From Octopus sinensis (lineage: Eukaryota), in contig NC_043005.1 in the NCBI RefSeq assembly GCF_006345805.1, positions 16,864,001 to 16,928,000 on the forward strand: 64,000 nucleotides of DNA, in the 5' to 3' direction. The position numbers were made by a program, and so were the translations under genes. Under the pieces are notes generated by a model. It was not told where the DNA came from, did no database searches, and was given only the letters and a program-made list of their open reading frames with translations. This document shows positions 1 through 13,200 of this stretch, one piece after another (position 1 is the stretch's first letter; every line of letters starts with the position of its first letter).

Positions 1-1480
1 AATAGCAACTGAATAGCTCTAATATCATACCTTACCATCTTAAAAAATAGGACCCATTGCATAATGAGGTCTTAGATTTATTCATTAAAAAGAAAAATTC
101 TGAAATGGAATGTTTGATTATAGACTTCCTTGAGTGAGAGCTGACCTGGAATTAGACAACTGCCACTAAAGTTAGTAAATTCTACCATTTGTATAGAGAT
201 GGATGTAAACAATGACTTGCCTATTGTTTTGGGTGGTGTAGTTTATTTGCAGTTCACTGAAGAAGCATGTCCAAGCTTCCTGACATTGCATAATCCTTGT
301 AAACAAAAGGCTTGTTCATCTGGAGGTGTTTGTTAGATTGAGAGATTATTGCCTCGCTGTATGAGTGATTGTGTGATAAGCAGCTTGCTTTCCAACCATA
401 TGGTTCCGGGTTCATTCCCACTGCATGGTATCTTGGGCAAGTGTCTTCTACTATAGCCTACCAAACAATCTTAATCTCCATATTTAATCAGCATTAAACT
501 TTGGCAAGCTTACCTTTATCTATTCTGACTTACTTGAAAGGTGATGTTCCATTCCCTCTCTTATATTTGTTTCACTTTAAGGATGCTTATTTACCCATCC
601 ATTATATTTCAACTGTTGTCAATTGTTTCAAATATGTTTTAGCATTGTCGTTCTAGCCCCTTTTTAAACAATCGCATATGATTCGTCCCAAAGAATCAAC
701 CTTTAAAGAAGAGTTTTGCTTCCACTAGTGAAAGCTATACGTATCTTTCAGAAAGCTCCATACCAATTTAACTTTATGTAGCATTTGCTATTACTTCATG
801 AGCAAGCTATGTGGGAAGACAGAATAAAGGGGCTTTTGTAAGCTTATATCTCCGAAAAAATAGCTCTCTTTGCTGTTGAAAAAAAATAAACTCGCAGAGG
901 AGAAGTTTCAACATCTTCAGTTTCCTTACACCATTTATGTGGCTGTTTCTGACAAGAAATTCTGTTTCATGTAAAACAACTACATTTTGTAGTCATTATC
1001 CGTAATCTACTCCCAAAACACTTCAGTAGCTCTACTTTACATTGCTTGCAAACTTATATGTTCTATGATTATTAAAGTGCAACGACCTCCACATTAACTA
1101 ACCTTCAGTTTGATTTTCCGTTCCTAGGTTTATTGGAAACCTAGATTGCTGTGCTAATCATAAACCTTCTTGGGAGTTCAATTATTTGAAAAAAAAAATA
1201 CCACCAAAGCAACTTAGGGCGTCCAAAGGACAGCTGTGTTTGCTAGTATAATAAGTCCTTTCTATTATAGGCAGGAGGCTTGAAATTTTGGGTTAGAGGT
1301 TAGTTGGTTACATTGATCCCAGTTCTCAACTGGTTACTTATTTCATGAACCTTGAAAGGATGAAAAGCAAAGTAAATAGATCTTGGCAGGGTTTGAACTC
1401 AGAATGAAAATCCAGATGAAAAGCCATTAACCATTTTCCTGAACTCAGAAACAATTCTGCTAGCTTACTGCCCTCACTAG

Positions 1481-1800
1481 ATGATAATGATAATAATAAT
1501 AGTAATAATAATAATAGTAATAATAATAATAGTAGTAGTTATAATAATAATAGTAGTAGTAGTAATAATAATAGTAGTAGTAGTAGTAGTAATAGTAGTA
1601 GTAGTAATAGTAGTAGTAGTAATAGTAGTAGTAGTAATAGTAGTAGTAGTAGTAATAATAGTAATAATAATAGTAGTAGTAGTAATAATAGTAATAATAA
1701 TAGTAGTAGTAGTAATAATAGTAATAATAATAGTAGTAGTAGTAGTAGTAGTATAATAATAATAATATTAGTAATAATAATAATAATGGTGGTAATAATA
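1481..1800. repeat. Mixed (TAA/TAG)n trinucleotide microsatellite
   Basis: About 100 triplets alternating ATA and GTA; source of the poly-Tyr and poly-Ile/Val ORFs. Confidence 0.97.
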
Positions 1801-2334
1801 ATTCTGTGTATTGCAACTTCAAATTGTAAAGTTCACATGTACTCTTAGCTGAATTAACCACCAATTCATTGGAGGGATACAAAGTCAGTCTTGGAAGGGT
1901 TTGAGCTGAGAGGATGTGTGTAGAAGACAAAATTTTGTTGAGCATATAGTTTGGCTCTTTACCATTTTCTTTCAGTTCCTCTAACCTCAATTAATATATA
2001 ATTAATAATAATTACTGATTAAGTATCCATTGTTTTTCCCTCCTGGCTTTTATGTAGTAGACATCTATATTTCAATAGTTTTCCATACATCTTGATCTTG
2101 TAATTTTGCCAGACGATATCACTAATTACCTGAGCCAGCATAGAAGCCTCTATGTGGTCATTTAAACATGCTAGAAATAGTTGCTAAATCTCATGATCAT
2201 GTAGGACGGACAAAATTGTGTAATATAGTTATCAATGCACTGTTGTCTGAAAATTAGATGGGATGATTTTGGTTGAAATGCTTTGGAGAGGTTTACCTGA
2301 TATCCCCTCTCGCCCCAATCTCTGTTTACACATA

Positions 2335-2693
2335 GGTGCAGGAGTGGCTGTGTGGTATGTAGCTTGCTTACTAACCACATGGTTCTGGGTTCAGTCCCAC
2401 TTCATGGCACCTTGGGCCAACCAAAGCCTTGGGAGTATATTTGGTAGACGGAAACTGAAAGAAGCCTGAAATATATATAGATATATATATGTGTGTGTGT
2501 GTGTGTGTCCTTCCCCAACATCGCTTGACAACCGATGCTGGTGTGTTTACGTCCCTGTAACTTAATGGTTCGGCAAAAGAGACCGATAGAATAAGTACAA
2601 GGCTCACAAAGAATAAGTCCTGGGGTCGATTTGCTCGACTAAAGGCGGTGCTCCAGCATGGCTGCAGTCAAAAATGACTGTAACAAGTAAAAG
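2335..2693 (+). mobile_element. tRNA-derived SINE, family A
   Basis: Head GGAGTGGCTGTGTGGT (A-box-like) and GGTTCAGTCCC (B-box-like), internal (TA)n(TG)n, tail GCATGGCTGCAGTC...ACAAGTAAAAG. More than 15 copies in the window. Confidence 0.85.
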
Positions 2694-3019
2694 GGTAGAA
2701 GGTTAAAAAGGATATCCTTTAATGACTGATGACTCTTAGTTTTCAAGAAAAAATAAATTTGTTAGTTGCAATAGACTAACACCTTGACTGGTGGGATGTG
2801 TTCATTTGTTTGTCAGGAAAACCAGGACCAAACACCTTTTGTTTGAGCTTCACAAGGGTTTATTGAAGGGAAATATTGTATTTCCATGTAATCAGCTATT
2901 ATTGGAGGGAGACCTACTGTATTTGATGGCATAAAAGATGCATGGGTGTATTAGAAACACCCCATTTTCAGCAGCAAATATTCAAGGAAAAGTTTTTAGT
3001 GCATTAAAATGTAATCTAG

Positions 3020-3201
3020 GCATAGGAGTGGCTGTGTGGTAAGTAGCTTGTTTACCAACCACATGGTTCCGGGTTCAGTCCCACTGCGTGGCACCTTGGT
3101 CAAGTATCTTCTACTATAGCCTCGGGCTGACCAATGCCTTGTGAGTGGATTTGGTTGATGGAAACTGAAAGAAGTCCGTCGTATATATGTGTGTGTATAT
3201 A

Positions 3202-3249
<48 letters not shown>

Positions 3250-3434
3250 CCTCCCCCAACATCGCTTGACAACCGATGCTGGTGTGTTTACGTCCCTGTA
3301 ACTTAATGGTTCGGCAAAAGAGACCGATAGAATAAGTACAAGGCTCACAAAGAATAAGTCCTGGGGTCGATTTGCTCGACTAAAGGCGGTGCTCCAGCAT
3401 GGCTGCAGTCAAAAATGACTGTAACAAGTAAAAG
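3020..3434 (+). mobile_element. tRNA-derived SINE, family A (hybrid made by a tandem duplication)
   Basis: Head nearly identical to the 3761 copy, tail identical to the 2335 copy. Confidence 0.85.
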
Positions 3435-3760
3435 GGTAGAAGGTTAAAAAGGATATCCTGTAATGACTGATGACTCTTAGTTTTCAAGAAAAAATAAATT
3501 TGTTAGTTGCAATAGACTAACACCTTGACTGGTGGGATGTGTTCATTTGTTTGTCAGGAAAACCAGGACCAAACACCTTTTGTTTGAGCTTCACAAGGGT
3601 TTATTGAAGGGAAATATTGTATTTCCATGTAATCAGCTATTATTGGAGGGAGACCTACTGTATTTGATGGCATAAAAGATGCATGGGTGTATTAGAAACA
3701 CCCCATTTTCAGCAGCAAATATTCAAGGAAAAGTTTTTAGTGCATTAAAATGTAATCTAG

Positions 3761-4170
3761 GCATAGGAGTGGCTGTGTGGTAAGTAGCTTGTTTACCAAC
3801 CACATGGTTCCGGGTTCAGTCCCACTGCGTGGCACCTTGGTCAAGTGTCTTCTACTATAGCCTCGGGCTGACCAATGCCTTGTGAGTGGATTTGGTTGAT
3901 GGAAACTGAAAGAAGTCCGTCGTATATATGTGTGTATGTATATATATATATATATATGAGTATGTATGTTTGTGTGTCTGTGTTTGTACCCCCAACATCA
4001 TTGACAACCGATGCTGGTGTGTTTACGTCCCCGTCACTTAGCGGTTCGGCAAAAGAGACCGATAGAATAAGTACTAGGCTTACAAAGAATAAGTCCTGGG
4101 GTCGATTTGCTCGACTAAAGGCAGTGCTCCGGCATGGCCACAGTCAAAATGACTGAAACAAGTAAAAGAG
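3761..4170 (+). mobile_element. tRNA-derived SINE, family A
   Basis: Full head, CORE-like GCACCTTGGnCAAGTG segment, internal microsatellite and tail. Confidence 0.87.
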
Positions 4171-4827
4171 AGTAGGACCCTGAGTGATTTTTTTTTTTTC
4201 TTTTCTCTTTTTTATAAGGGACAAAAAAAAAACAAAACTATCTTATATGCCTTTAAATATGATATATTTTTCCTTTTGCAAAATATCAACCTTATGTCTT
4301 TAAAAAAAAAAAAATGTGTGTGTGGGGGGGCTCTAATCGCTCATACTCTGTCTTCAAAAATGGAATCTGATAAAAAAAAAAAAAAAAAAAAGACTGGTCA
4401 TAGCTGGAATGTTTTTGATCATAGGTGTACCTAATCAAGGGTCAAATAGCAACACTGATTAATATGTAAAGAAAAAAAAAATCTGTTTTGAAATTTTATC
4501 ATTTCTATTACAACCACCACCATCATTACTCTGCTACTACTGCCACTTCTGTCATACTGTAATCCTACTACTAACATCAAAATTTAGTGAATACAATGAA
4601 ACCATTTTCAATTTAGATGGGATTGTTGGGTGTGAGTGTGTATGTGATATTTGAATACCCCTTTGACACTTATGTAACAATCAGCCAGAGATCCAATAGC
4701 AAGCCCAGTTGTTACTTGTATTGTTCTGGGGATGATAAATGTTGTCAGCCAGTCAGATTCTATTTCAAACCTAGATATTTTTTTTTGTCAACATACACTT
4801 TTACTCTCACTTTGAAAATTAAACAGC

Positions 4828-5103
4828 CAGTGCCACCTCGACTGGCTTCCGTGCCGGTGGCTCGTAAAATGCACCAATCCGACCGTGGCCGATGCCAGCC
4901 TCACCTGGCACCAGTGCAGGTGGCATGGAAAAAGCACCCACTACACTCGCGGAGTGTTTGGCGTTAGGAAGGGCATCCAGCTGTGGAAACATTGCCAGAT
5001 AAGATCGGAGCCTGGTGCAGCCTTCTGGCTTCCGAGATCCCCGGTTGAACCATCCAACCCATGCTAGCATGGAGAACGGACGTTAAACGATGTTGATGAT
5101 GAT
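4828..5103 (+). mobile_element. Family C retroposon with RTE-type 3' end and (GAT)n tail
   Basis: GTGGCACGTAAAA-type units, then GGCGTTAGGAAGGGCATCCAGCTGT...CCAACCCATGCTAGCATGG...GACGTTAAACGATG(ATG)n. Confidence 0.85.
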
Positions 5104-7099
5104 TATACTAGATTTTTATCTCCTTATAGACCAAAAAAAACTGGGATCAATCTGACTAGTTTCTTAACTCTTTAAAAGTTCATCAGAGAAAGTCTACCCA
5201 TCTGTAGTGCTTGTAGCATTGCTGTACATAAACTAGGATTCGGCTAAATTGTTCTAATTTGCATAACATAACATGATATGAGCTGACTGGGGGTATTTCT
5301 GGAGCACCGCCTTTAGTCGAGCAAATTGACTCCAGGACTTATTCTTTGTAAGCCTAGTATTTATTCTATTGGTCCCTTTTGCCAAACCACTAAGTTATGG
5401 GGATGTAAACACACCAACCAGCATCAGTTGTCAAGCGATGTTATCAAATCAAAAATCGAAATCGATCAGCATCAATGGAAATTGCAGCTGTGATACCAGT
5501 GCCGGTGGCACGTAAGAGAACCATCCGAACGTGGCCGTTGCCAGCGCCGCCCCGACTGGCTTCCGTGCCGGTGGCACGTAAAAAGCACTATTCAATCGTG
5601 ACCGAAAAAAAATTAGACTTATCCAACTCTTTCTGAATCTTCTCCACTGTCCTCAGATTCACACCCAAACACTCTGTAATGTTCGTATTTGAGCTTCCGA
5701 TGCAAATGTCAAGCAATGCAGCATGTCATTTCCAAGTTTCTGGCTGAGTGAATTGCGTCATGGTGCTGTTTTTCTCACACAGTGCCCGACTGACCCTACT
5801 ATACTGTGTGGTCGACAAAATCAAAATCAAACCGTGCACATGCGCAATATTAAAAATACAAAGTGGCAACAGTTTACCCATTGTACCCTGTGTATGTATG
5901 TATGTGTGTGTGTGTGTGTATATATATAAACAACAAATCTGATTTTACACCGCTGTCAACTCTGATTTTCACACGGCCCCATTTTGGCACAATTTTTCTT
6001 TTAAATGTCCATATATATTTCCTTGCATATTTCCATAGACACTTTTTTTTTATTTCGCAGTTACCTTACCCTTTCTCACATTTTTATTTCTGCTGTTGTA
6101 TATCTAAATGCATTGTCATTTTAAAAGTATATTTTATACAATGTGTTTTACGTCTTAGAACAAAGCCTGTCTTGACAAGAATGTAATACCTATAGAAACC
6201 TGCATGCTATAAAATCCTTAGTCATATATATATGTGTGTGTGTGTTATAATGAACAGTCTTTTTGTTTGTTGTTCTTTTGTCTGTGTTCCAATTATATTC
6301 TGTCAACTGAAGTATGTTTAATAAACATTATTGTTTACTTACACCAATTTCTCTCTTTCTCACACATGCTTTCCTTTTCTCTCCCTTCCTCCACATCCTC
6401 TTCTTCCCTCCATACCTTCTCTCCAATCTACTCCATATTTCATTATTTATGAGGAAGATTTGAAAGAGGCTTCTTTCATGATTTTATTACCACCTTCTGT
6501 CCATTTCACTCTCACATGCACAGAGATTCTGTAAATATTAATTGCTGCTGTTGTTTGTGTCTCCATGGTGTCTTTCTATTTAGTTTTTCATTATCAGAGC
6601 TACTTTTTCCTGTTCATTTCTATGTTTTAACCAATGAAAATAAAGCTGATTTAGTACCGACTTACCCCTATTTTCTGCAAGTAAAAATCTAGAATCCAAG
6701 GAAACTGATGTGGCTCTCTGTTGGTCAAAATAAATCAGACTGGGTTTGTGTGATTTATAGTTCCATTGCCATGAGGAGTAGAATGACTATGTAGAACCCT
6801 TGTTCTTTAACAGAATACAGCAAGAGGCCAAAATATCAAACATTTTACATCTTAGTTAATTCCATGTTCCACAAATTCTCCATATTGTAAATTCTTCTCC
6901 TTGCATCATTGAGTATACTGTAGGTCTCTGGCAACAAATTCAGTATACTATACCAATATTTACATTTACTATTTATCAGCTCTTGCAAAAAGAAATATGC
7001 AGAGACAACTTCTGTGGGATTTGAACTCAGATCATAAAAGAGTACAATTCAAGTGTTACAAAGCATTCTGCTATATTTTAATCAGATTTGTCGCTTTAT

Positions 7100-7395
7100 T
7101 GGCACGTGAAAAAACATTCGAGTGAGGTCATTGCCAGTGCCACTGGACTGGTTCCTGTGCAAGTGGCATGTAAGAAACACCATTTGAGCGTGGCTGTTGC
7201 CAGTACCACCTGACTGGCCCTCACGTAAAAGCACCCACTAAACTCTCGGAGTGGTTGGTGCTAGGAAGGGCATCCAGCTGTAGAAACTCTGTGAGATCAA
7301 GATTGAAGCCTGGTGCAGCCATCTGGTTTGCCAGTTCTCAGTCAAATCGTCCAACCCATGCTAGCATGGAAAGCGGACGTTAAATGATGATGATG
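7100..7395 (+). mobile_element. Family C retroposon
   Basis: Same 3' end and (GAT)n tail as the 4828 copy. Confidence 0.8.
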
Positions 7396-8029
7396 TATTC
7401 CTTTCCTCAGCCATCAGCTATTCCCCCACCCCTCCTCCTGTGCCCAGAAGTTAGCTTCCCATGCCTTCTGTGTTGTGTTGCATGGATACAACCAGTTAAG
7501 CTTTTGTTTCCAGCTCATTTCTTGATGTTGCCTGTCCATAAATGTCTTTGACAGCCCTTTGCTTCCTTCTGCTTTGCACTTCCTGTCATAGCCTATTCTA
7601 TGTCCAAAATAGGATCACTTTGTGGACCTGATTCTCAACATGTCTTTGGATTTTAAGTTTTTCAAGTACTGTGGTATTTCTTACCCTGTCTTGTTAGCTT
7701 ATTCTGCCCAGTCTGTAAAAAAAATCTACATCTGAAACACATTTATCTTCTCCATTGCCTTATGTTCTATCAAATGTTGAGCACATCTTCTATTGGTCCT
7801 GTGCCTGGTGGTGATGATATTCATGATGTTATTTGTTATTCCCAGCTTAGGCACCATGCCAGAAATTTGATGGGAAGGGTTTAGTTGATCATATCAACCC
7901 CAGTACATGTACTTCCTTTTGTTCACCTCAGTAGGATTTGAACTCAGAACATAAAAAGCCACAATAAATACCTTATGGCGTTTTTGTTGACATTCTAATG
8001 ATTATATAATAAAAATAATAATAATAATA

Positions 8030-8205
8030 ATCCTTTCTATAGGTACAACGTCTGAAATTTTGGGGGAGGGGATTAATTGATTACATCGACCCCCAGTGTT
8101 TCACTGGTACTTAATTTATCAACCCTGAAAGGATGAAAGGTAAAGTCAACCTTGGTGGAATTTGAACTTGGAATGTAGCGGCAGATGAAATACTGCTAAG
8201 TATTT
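8030..8205 (-). mobile_element. SINE family B copy
   Basis: Reverse complement of GAGTTCAAATTCC...GACTTTRCCTTTCATCCTTTCRGGGTYGATAAATTAAGTACCAG with an (ATT)n tail. Confidence 0.75.
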
Positions 8206-8239
8206 CACTGAACATCATTAATAATAATAATAATAATTA

Positions 8240-8580
8240 ATTATTTTTATTGGCCACAAGGGCTGACACACATGATTAGGAAACATAAAGGGACAAAACA
8301 GGACGAAAGGTTACAAAGGGTTTTGTCCGTTTTGTGAAAAAATCGTGTAAAAACAGTGTAACAATCAAATAATATAACAGCGAAAAACTCCCAATAGGGG
8401 GAGGCGCTTCGAAAGGTTCCTGGTGGAAAAAACCCCATAAAAGCCAACGGGAGCCTGGTCAAAAGGGGGGTAGAGAGCCCCCTTTCTCCTTTTATAAAAC
8501 CTTTTTCAATCACAGGCGAAACCTGAGAATTGGTCCATTTATACTGGCCATTCTCGCACAATTCACCCACCTTTCAGAAA
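8240..8580 (-). mobile_element. Probable LINE 3' UTR fragment sharing its terminus with some family B SINEs
   Basis: Minus strand ends GTCCTGTTTTGTCCC...TGTGTCAGCCCTTGTGGCCAATAAAAATAA, similar to the SINE tail TGTCCCCTCTGTGTTTAGCCCCTTGTGGGCAATAAAGAAATAA (47263 minus strand; also 26340-26390). Confidence 0.5.
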
Positions 8581-11500
8581 AATGATAATACATTATATTT
8601 ATATCCTATTTCAACACAAAAAGATTACAAGATGGTTGTACTTTAATCCCAAGTTAGCTCTGGTCAAGCAGACTTAGAATGAAAGGCATTCCAGTGTGGC
8701 TATCTTATTTCTTTGCATATCACAGAAATTGTTTAATATGTACTTCTGTATCGAAGGTGGTAGAGATGGATTTGGTTTGAGTGAAATTCGGTTATTACTA
8801 TTAGGTCATGCTCGACTGCCTAGAGGCTCCCTTGTTGGTTTTAGATAACAAGATTGTTTTCTACTGGAGTTTCTAAACAATGTTAATAGCTTCTGTGTCA
8901 ATTGTATTTTTAATTGTCTGATCACTTAAGAACGGTCACAAGAGTTCTATGAATGTCATTTGAAATGTCATCACTTTTGTTTTGTAAACATCACTGGATG
9001 CTGACAGACTAGCTTCTCTTGTTATAGTTTTAGCCCATCTTGGTTATTTTGATCTAGGGTGTTTACTCTGTAACTCAGGGTATCATTGTAGTTATATGGT
9101 ATTTTTTTTTTTTTTTTTTATCTAAGAATTATATTTGATAAAAATAAGTTGCTGTTATAATTGACGAAAGAACAATCTTCTTCATATCAATAATGGTACA
9201 CTTTGTTTGTTTGTGTGATAGAAATGGAAAGAGCTTGTTAGATTGCAATGTAAACTACTATCAGCATTGTTTTAATGTCTGCATTTCCATGCTTGCATGG
9301 GTCAGACAAAACTTAACGAGGCAGATTTTTCTACAACCAGAAGCTCTTCCTGTTGCCAACCATTACCTATTTCCAAGGAAGGTAATGTTTCCCTCGAAAA
9401 GCAATAAACCCAATGGTTGAATACGTCCAGAGGAAAGAGATGCACAAGCATGTACATACTCGTGCACTTTCACATGGTCACATGTTGTGTACCTGCATAA
9501 ATGCCCACGCACTCTTTTGCATAGCATTCTTCCTAGAAAGTCATCAAAACCCTCTTGGCAAATTTGATCTCACGAGGGTCTTGTGAGCAGGTATTACTGC
9601 AACACCCCCTATCCATTTGGCCATTGGGCTTTTACATGCCAGATGATAAACAACAATTAGGTCAGCATCGAAAATGCAAGTGCCTTTAGTATTCTACTAC
9701 TGCTGCTGCTGCTATTACTACTACTACTACTGTCATGTTTGGCTACTAATTAAAATTACTTCTTTCCTTAGATATAATCCACATTTCTGCACTCACTGGC
9801 TGTTTCTCAGTATTCGGTATTTCTAATCTGTTGGGAATGTGTACAGACAAATGTGCAATCGCAAAGGGGAGCATTGTCATCACGAGAGCCTGTTCTGTTG
9901 CAACAACTGCCCAATAGGGTTGACAGCAACGAGGTTATTGAGTGCATTCCAACATTTCTGTCACATCACCGCAACAATGAAAAAGGAAAAAAAAAAAGAA
10001 ACAAACTACTCGTTGCACAAATAGGAGTGCATATGGCTACAGATGCAACAGTTTAATGTTGCGTATGCACTTTAGTTGTGCAACCAAAGTGGTTGTCTAC
10101 CTCCTTCAACTTTAAAGAGTATATACTTCATATATTTGTATAAATGCTGTCTGAATAAGAGTGTATAAATTAACATAATTGTTGAAGTCATACCCTTTGT
10201 GTGTGGTGGGGGTGCCATTGGGTATGTGTATTGTAAGGGGTACCTTCTCAAATTTGTTGGAATGGCATATTTGATAGGGGTGGGTGTCAAGCAGGGAGGG
10301 AGGGATGGCATGGTGTCTTATGAAATTGGGTGGAATTACATCGTATAGGTGTTTGTTCAAACTGGGTGGATGTTGTAGAAGATTGTTGAAAGCAAATATA
10401 GAGTTTCACTCATTAAACTTCTTTCATGGTATTATCATCATCATCATCGTTATCATCACCATAAACAACATCTTCAAATTTACCCTTTTAGAAAATAATG
10501 TAAAAACAAGCAGACAAACCTGAGTACTTGATGATTGTTGTATGTAAGGAGTGTTACGGTTAAGTTATTGCATAGCATATATTTGATACACAATTCTATA
10601 TATCAAATATTTGCTATATGTAAGAAATATGACTAAACTTCTCTATGTTTGACATATTTGTGTGTGTATACATATATATATATATATATATATTAAATAA
10701 ATAAATATATATATATATTATATATATATAATATGAGATTGGAAAGAAAATCTTGTCACATTCCAAGATGTGAATGAATCAAATACCTCTTTGGTCTTAA
10801 TTGATATATTTACTCAAGATAATATTTCCGCCTCTTTATTGGGTAGCATAATCCCATTAATTGGTAAATTGTTGATAGCTTGAGCGTAAAATTCTTCTTG
10901 TTTTGAAACAAACATACTCAGGGTAATTTTTTTTCAACCTCTGTATGGTAAACTGTTTCGCCTTGAAATATGTTACAATGATCTGCAAAGATCATAGTCA
11001 GGGACAGAACAAAATCGGGAAAGTTATGAGGAAGTTGCAAAACTTTTTATATATTTAGTGCCATAACATTCTTATGAGTGACTTGGGCAATATATGATTA
11101 TGCATTATTGTTGTATAAAAGCAACACTTCTTTATGATTGACCAATGATGGGTGGGTTTTTTTCCTGCCAATTTTTCTGCAATACTTTCCAATTGGCGAT
11201 ACTCTTCCACATTGTTTCATTTTGGTTTAACACTTCATTAGACGATACCCTTCATATTCCACCACAAAGCACAAGAGTTAAAAAAAAAATTTTTTTTTAG
11301 TGTGGCTCTCGTTTGGGAACGATTTTTCTTTTTCATTCATTGCTAATCCTTGTTTTGTTGAATATCATCATTTAGCATCTGCTTTCCATGCTGGCATGGG
11401 TTGGCTGGTTTGACAGGGCAGAAGACTGCAGTGAACTTCAGTGTCTGTTTTGGCAGGGTTTTTATGGCTGGATGCAACACTTCCCTTTCCCCATCACTTA

Positions 11501-12289
11501 ATTTTTTTTTAGGGCTTCTCAGACTGGTGGAAAGAGGGGAGGAGATTGTGCTCAAACTGTAGCCCTGGCTCAAAAGCTTGCAGCTGTGTGAAGTCTGATT
11601 AAGACACCCAGTGACCAGGTGATGATGGTGATTTCAAACTAGGTGAAGTATTAAGTTTTTGCTGCCCTCCCACCTTCCAAGAACTTAGAAGGCAAGAACA
11701 GAAGGTAAATACTGCAAGTCATTTTGTCCAGTGCTCTGGTTCTGGCAATTTGTCTGCTTGAAATAGCAGCCAAATCACATCATAACTTATTAAACTGAGA
11801 GAAAGTCACATTGCGTAACGTAGTTGTAGTTGCGTTATGTCTGAGGAAGGAAGAAGTTGAAATGCTTTTGACCATGGGTCTGCAGCGCTATCGGTGCTGG
11901 CCTGGAGCTCAACAACAGTTGCATACAAGCCAGATGAATCATTTTACTGCAGACTGCATATACTGTATATGTTTCTCCCTGGTGTTAAATGTAAATATTT
12001 ATCTTTCTCAGTTTTGCTTGCAACATACTCTTGCTTGTGTAACAAAAATAAACCAAGAATAATAGGAACAAGAACAACAGCACTTCTGTGTGATGGCTAA
12101 ATGTAATATGGTGGTGTTGTTTGTGGCCATATAGAGAAGTGTTAGTGGAATTTAATCAAAATTTGGTTTTTGGAATTGTTTCCTCTCCTTTTACTGTGGT
12201 ATTCATTTGAAACCAGAAATAGGTTAGTTAAATGCTAAATATAATATTACTTAGTAAAACCCTGTTGTGTAACTGTATATATGTGGGTG

Positions 12290-13200
12290 GGTGCATGTAG
12301 ATGTCTGTGTGTGTGTATAAATGCATGTGTGTGTGTGTGTGTGTGTGTGTATAAATGCGTGTGTGTGTGTGTATAAATGCATGGAAATGGGTGTATAAAT
12401 GCATGTAAATATGTGTATAAATGCATGTAAATGTGTGTGTGTGTAAATGCGTGTAAATATGTGTGTAAATGTGTATAAATGTATGTGTATGTATAAATGC
12501 ATGTAAATGTGTGTGTGTAAATGCATGTGTGCATATAAATGCATTTAAATGTGTGTGTGTAAATGTTTATAAATGCATGTGTATGTGTAAATGCATGTGT
12601 GTGCATATAAATGCATGTAAATGTGTGTATAAATGCATGTAAATGTGTGTGTATAAATGCATGTAAATGTTTCTGTATAAATGCATGTAAATGTGTGTAT
12701 AAATGCATGTAAATGTGTGTGTATAAATGCATGTAAATGTTTCTGTATAAATGCATGTAAATGTGTGTATAAATGCATGTAAATGTGTGTGTATAAATGC
12801 ATGTAAATGTTTCTGTATAAATGCATGTAAATGTTTCTGTATAAATGCATGTAAATGTGTGTGTATAAATGCATGTAAATGTGTGTGTATAAATGCATGT
12901 AAATGTTTCTGTATAAATGCATGTAAATGTGTGTGTATAAATGCATGTAAATGTTTCTGTATAAATGCATGTAAATGTGTGTATAAATGCATGTAAATGT
13001 GTGTGTATAAATGCATGTAAATGTTTCTGTATAAATGCATGTAAATGTGTGTATAAATGCATGTAAATGTGTGTGTATAAATGCATGTAAATGTGTGTGT
13101 ATAAATGCATGTAAATGTTTCTGTATAAATGCATGTAAATGTGTGTATAAATGCACGTATATGTGTGTATAAATGTATATGTATGTACAAGTGCATGTGT
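12290..13200. repeat. 22/24-bp minisatellite (GTGTATAAATGCATGTAAATGT and variants)
   Basis: About 35 units in three variants; source of the His/Thr/Ile-rich pseudo-ORFs. Confidence 0.95.

Noticed and set aside
1460-1990. Poly-Tyr and poly-Ile/Val ORFs
   Set aside because: Trinucleotide microsatellite.
4617-4967. ORF containing VRFYFK, similar to afadin MRFYFQ
   Set aside because: Surrounding residues do not align and the ORF runs into a family C repeat.
7440-7640. Possible minus-strand RTE ORF remnant (…GCQRHLWTGNIKK*)
   Set aside because: Only a faint motif resemblance with stops; not enough to list as a feature.
9772-10056. Good-looking acceptor (TTCTTTCCTTAG) followed by short ORFs, considered as the missing RA1 exon
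   Set aside because: No frame matches the conserved FHGVMRFYFQ...KFRPDM...LYEVH sequence, and in-frame stops intervene.
10735-10900. Weak inverted similarity after a (TA)n tract (TTTACTCAAG / CTTGAGCGTAAA)
   Set aside because: Too short and degenerate to assign to the fold-back class.
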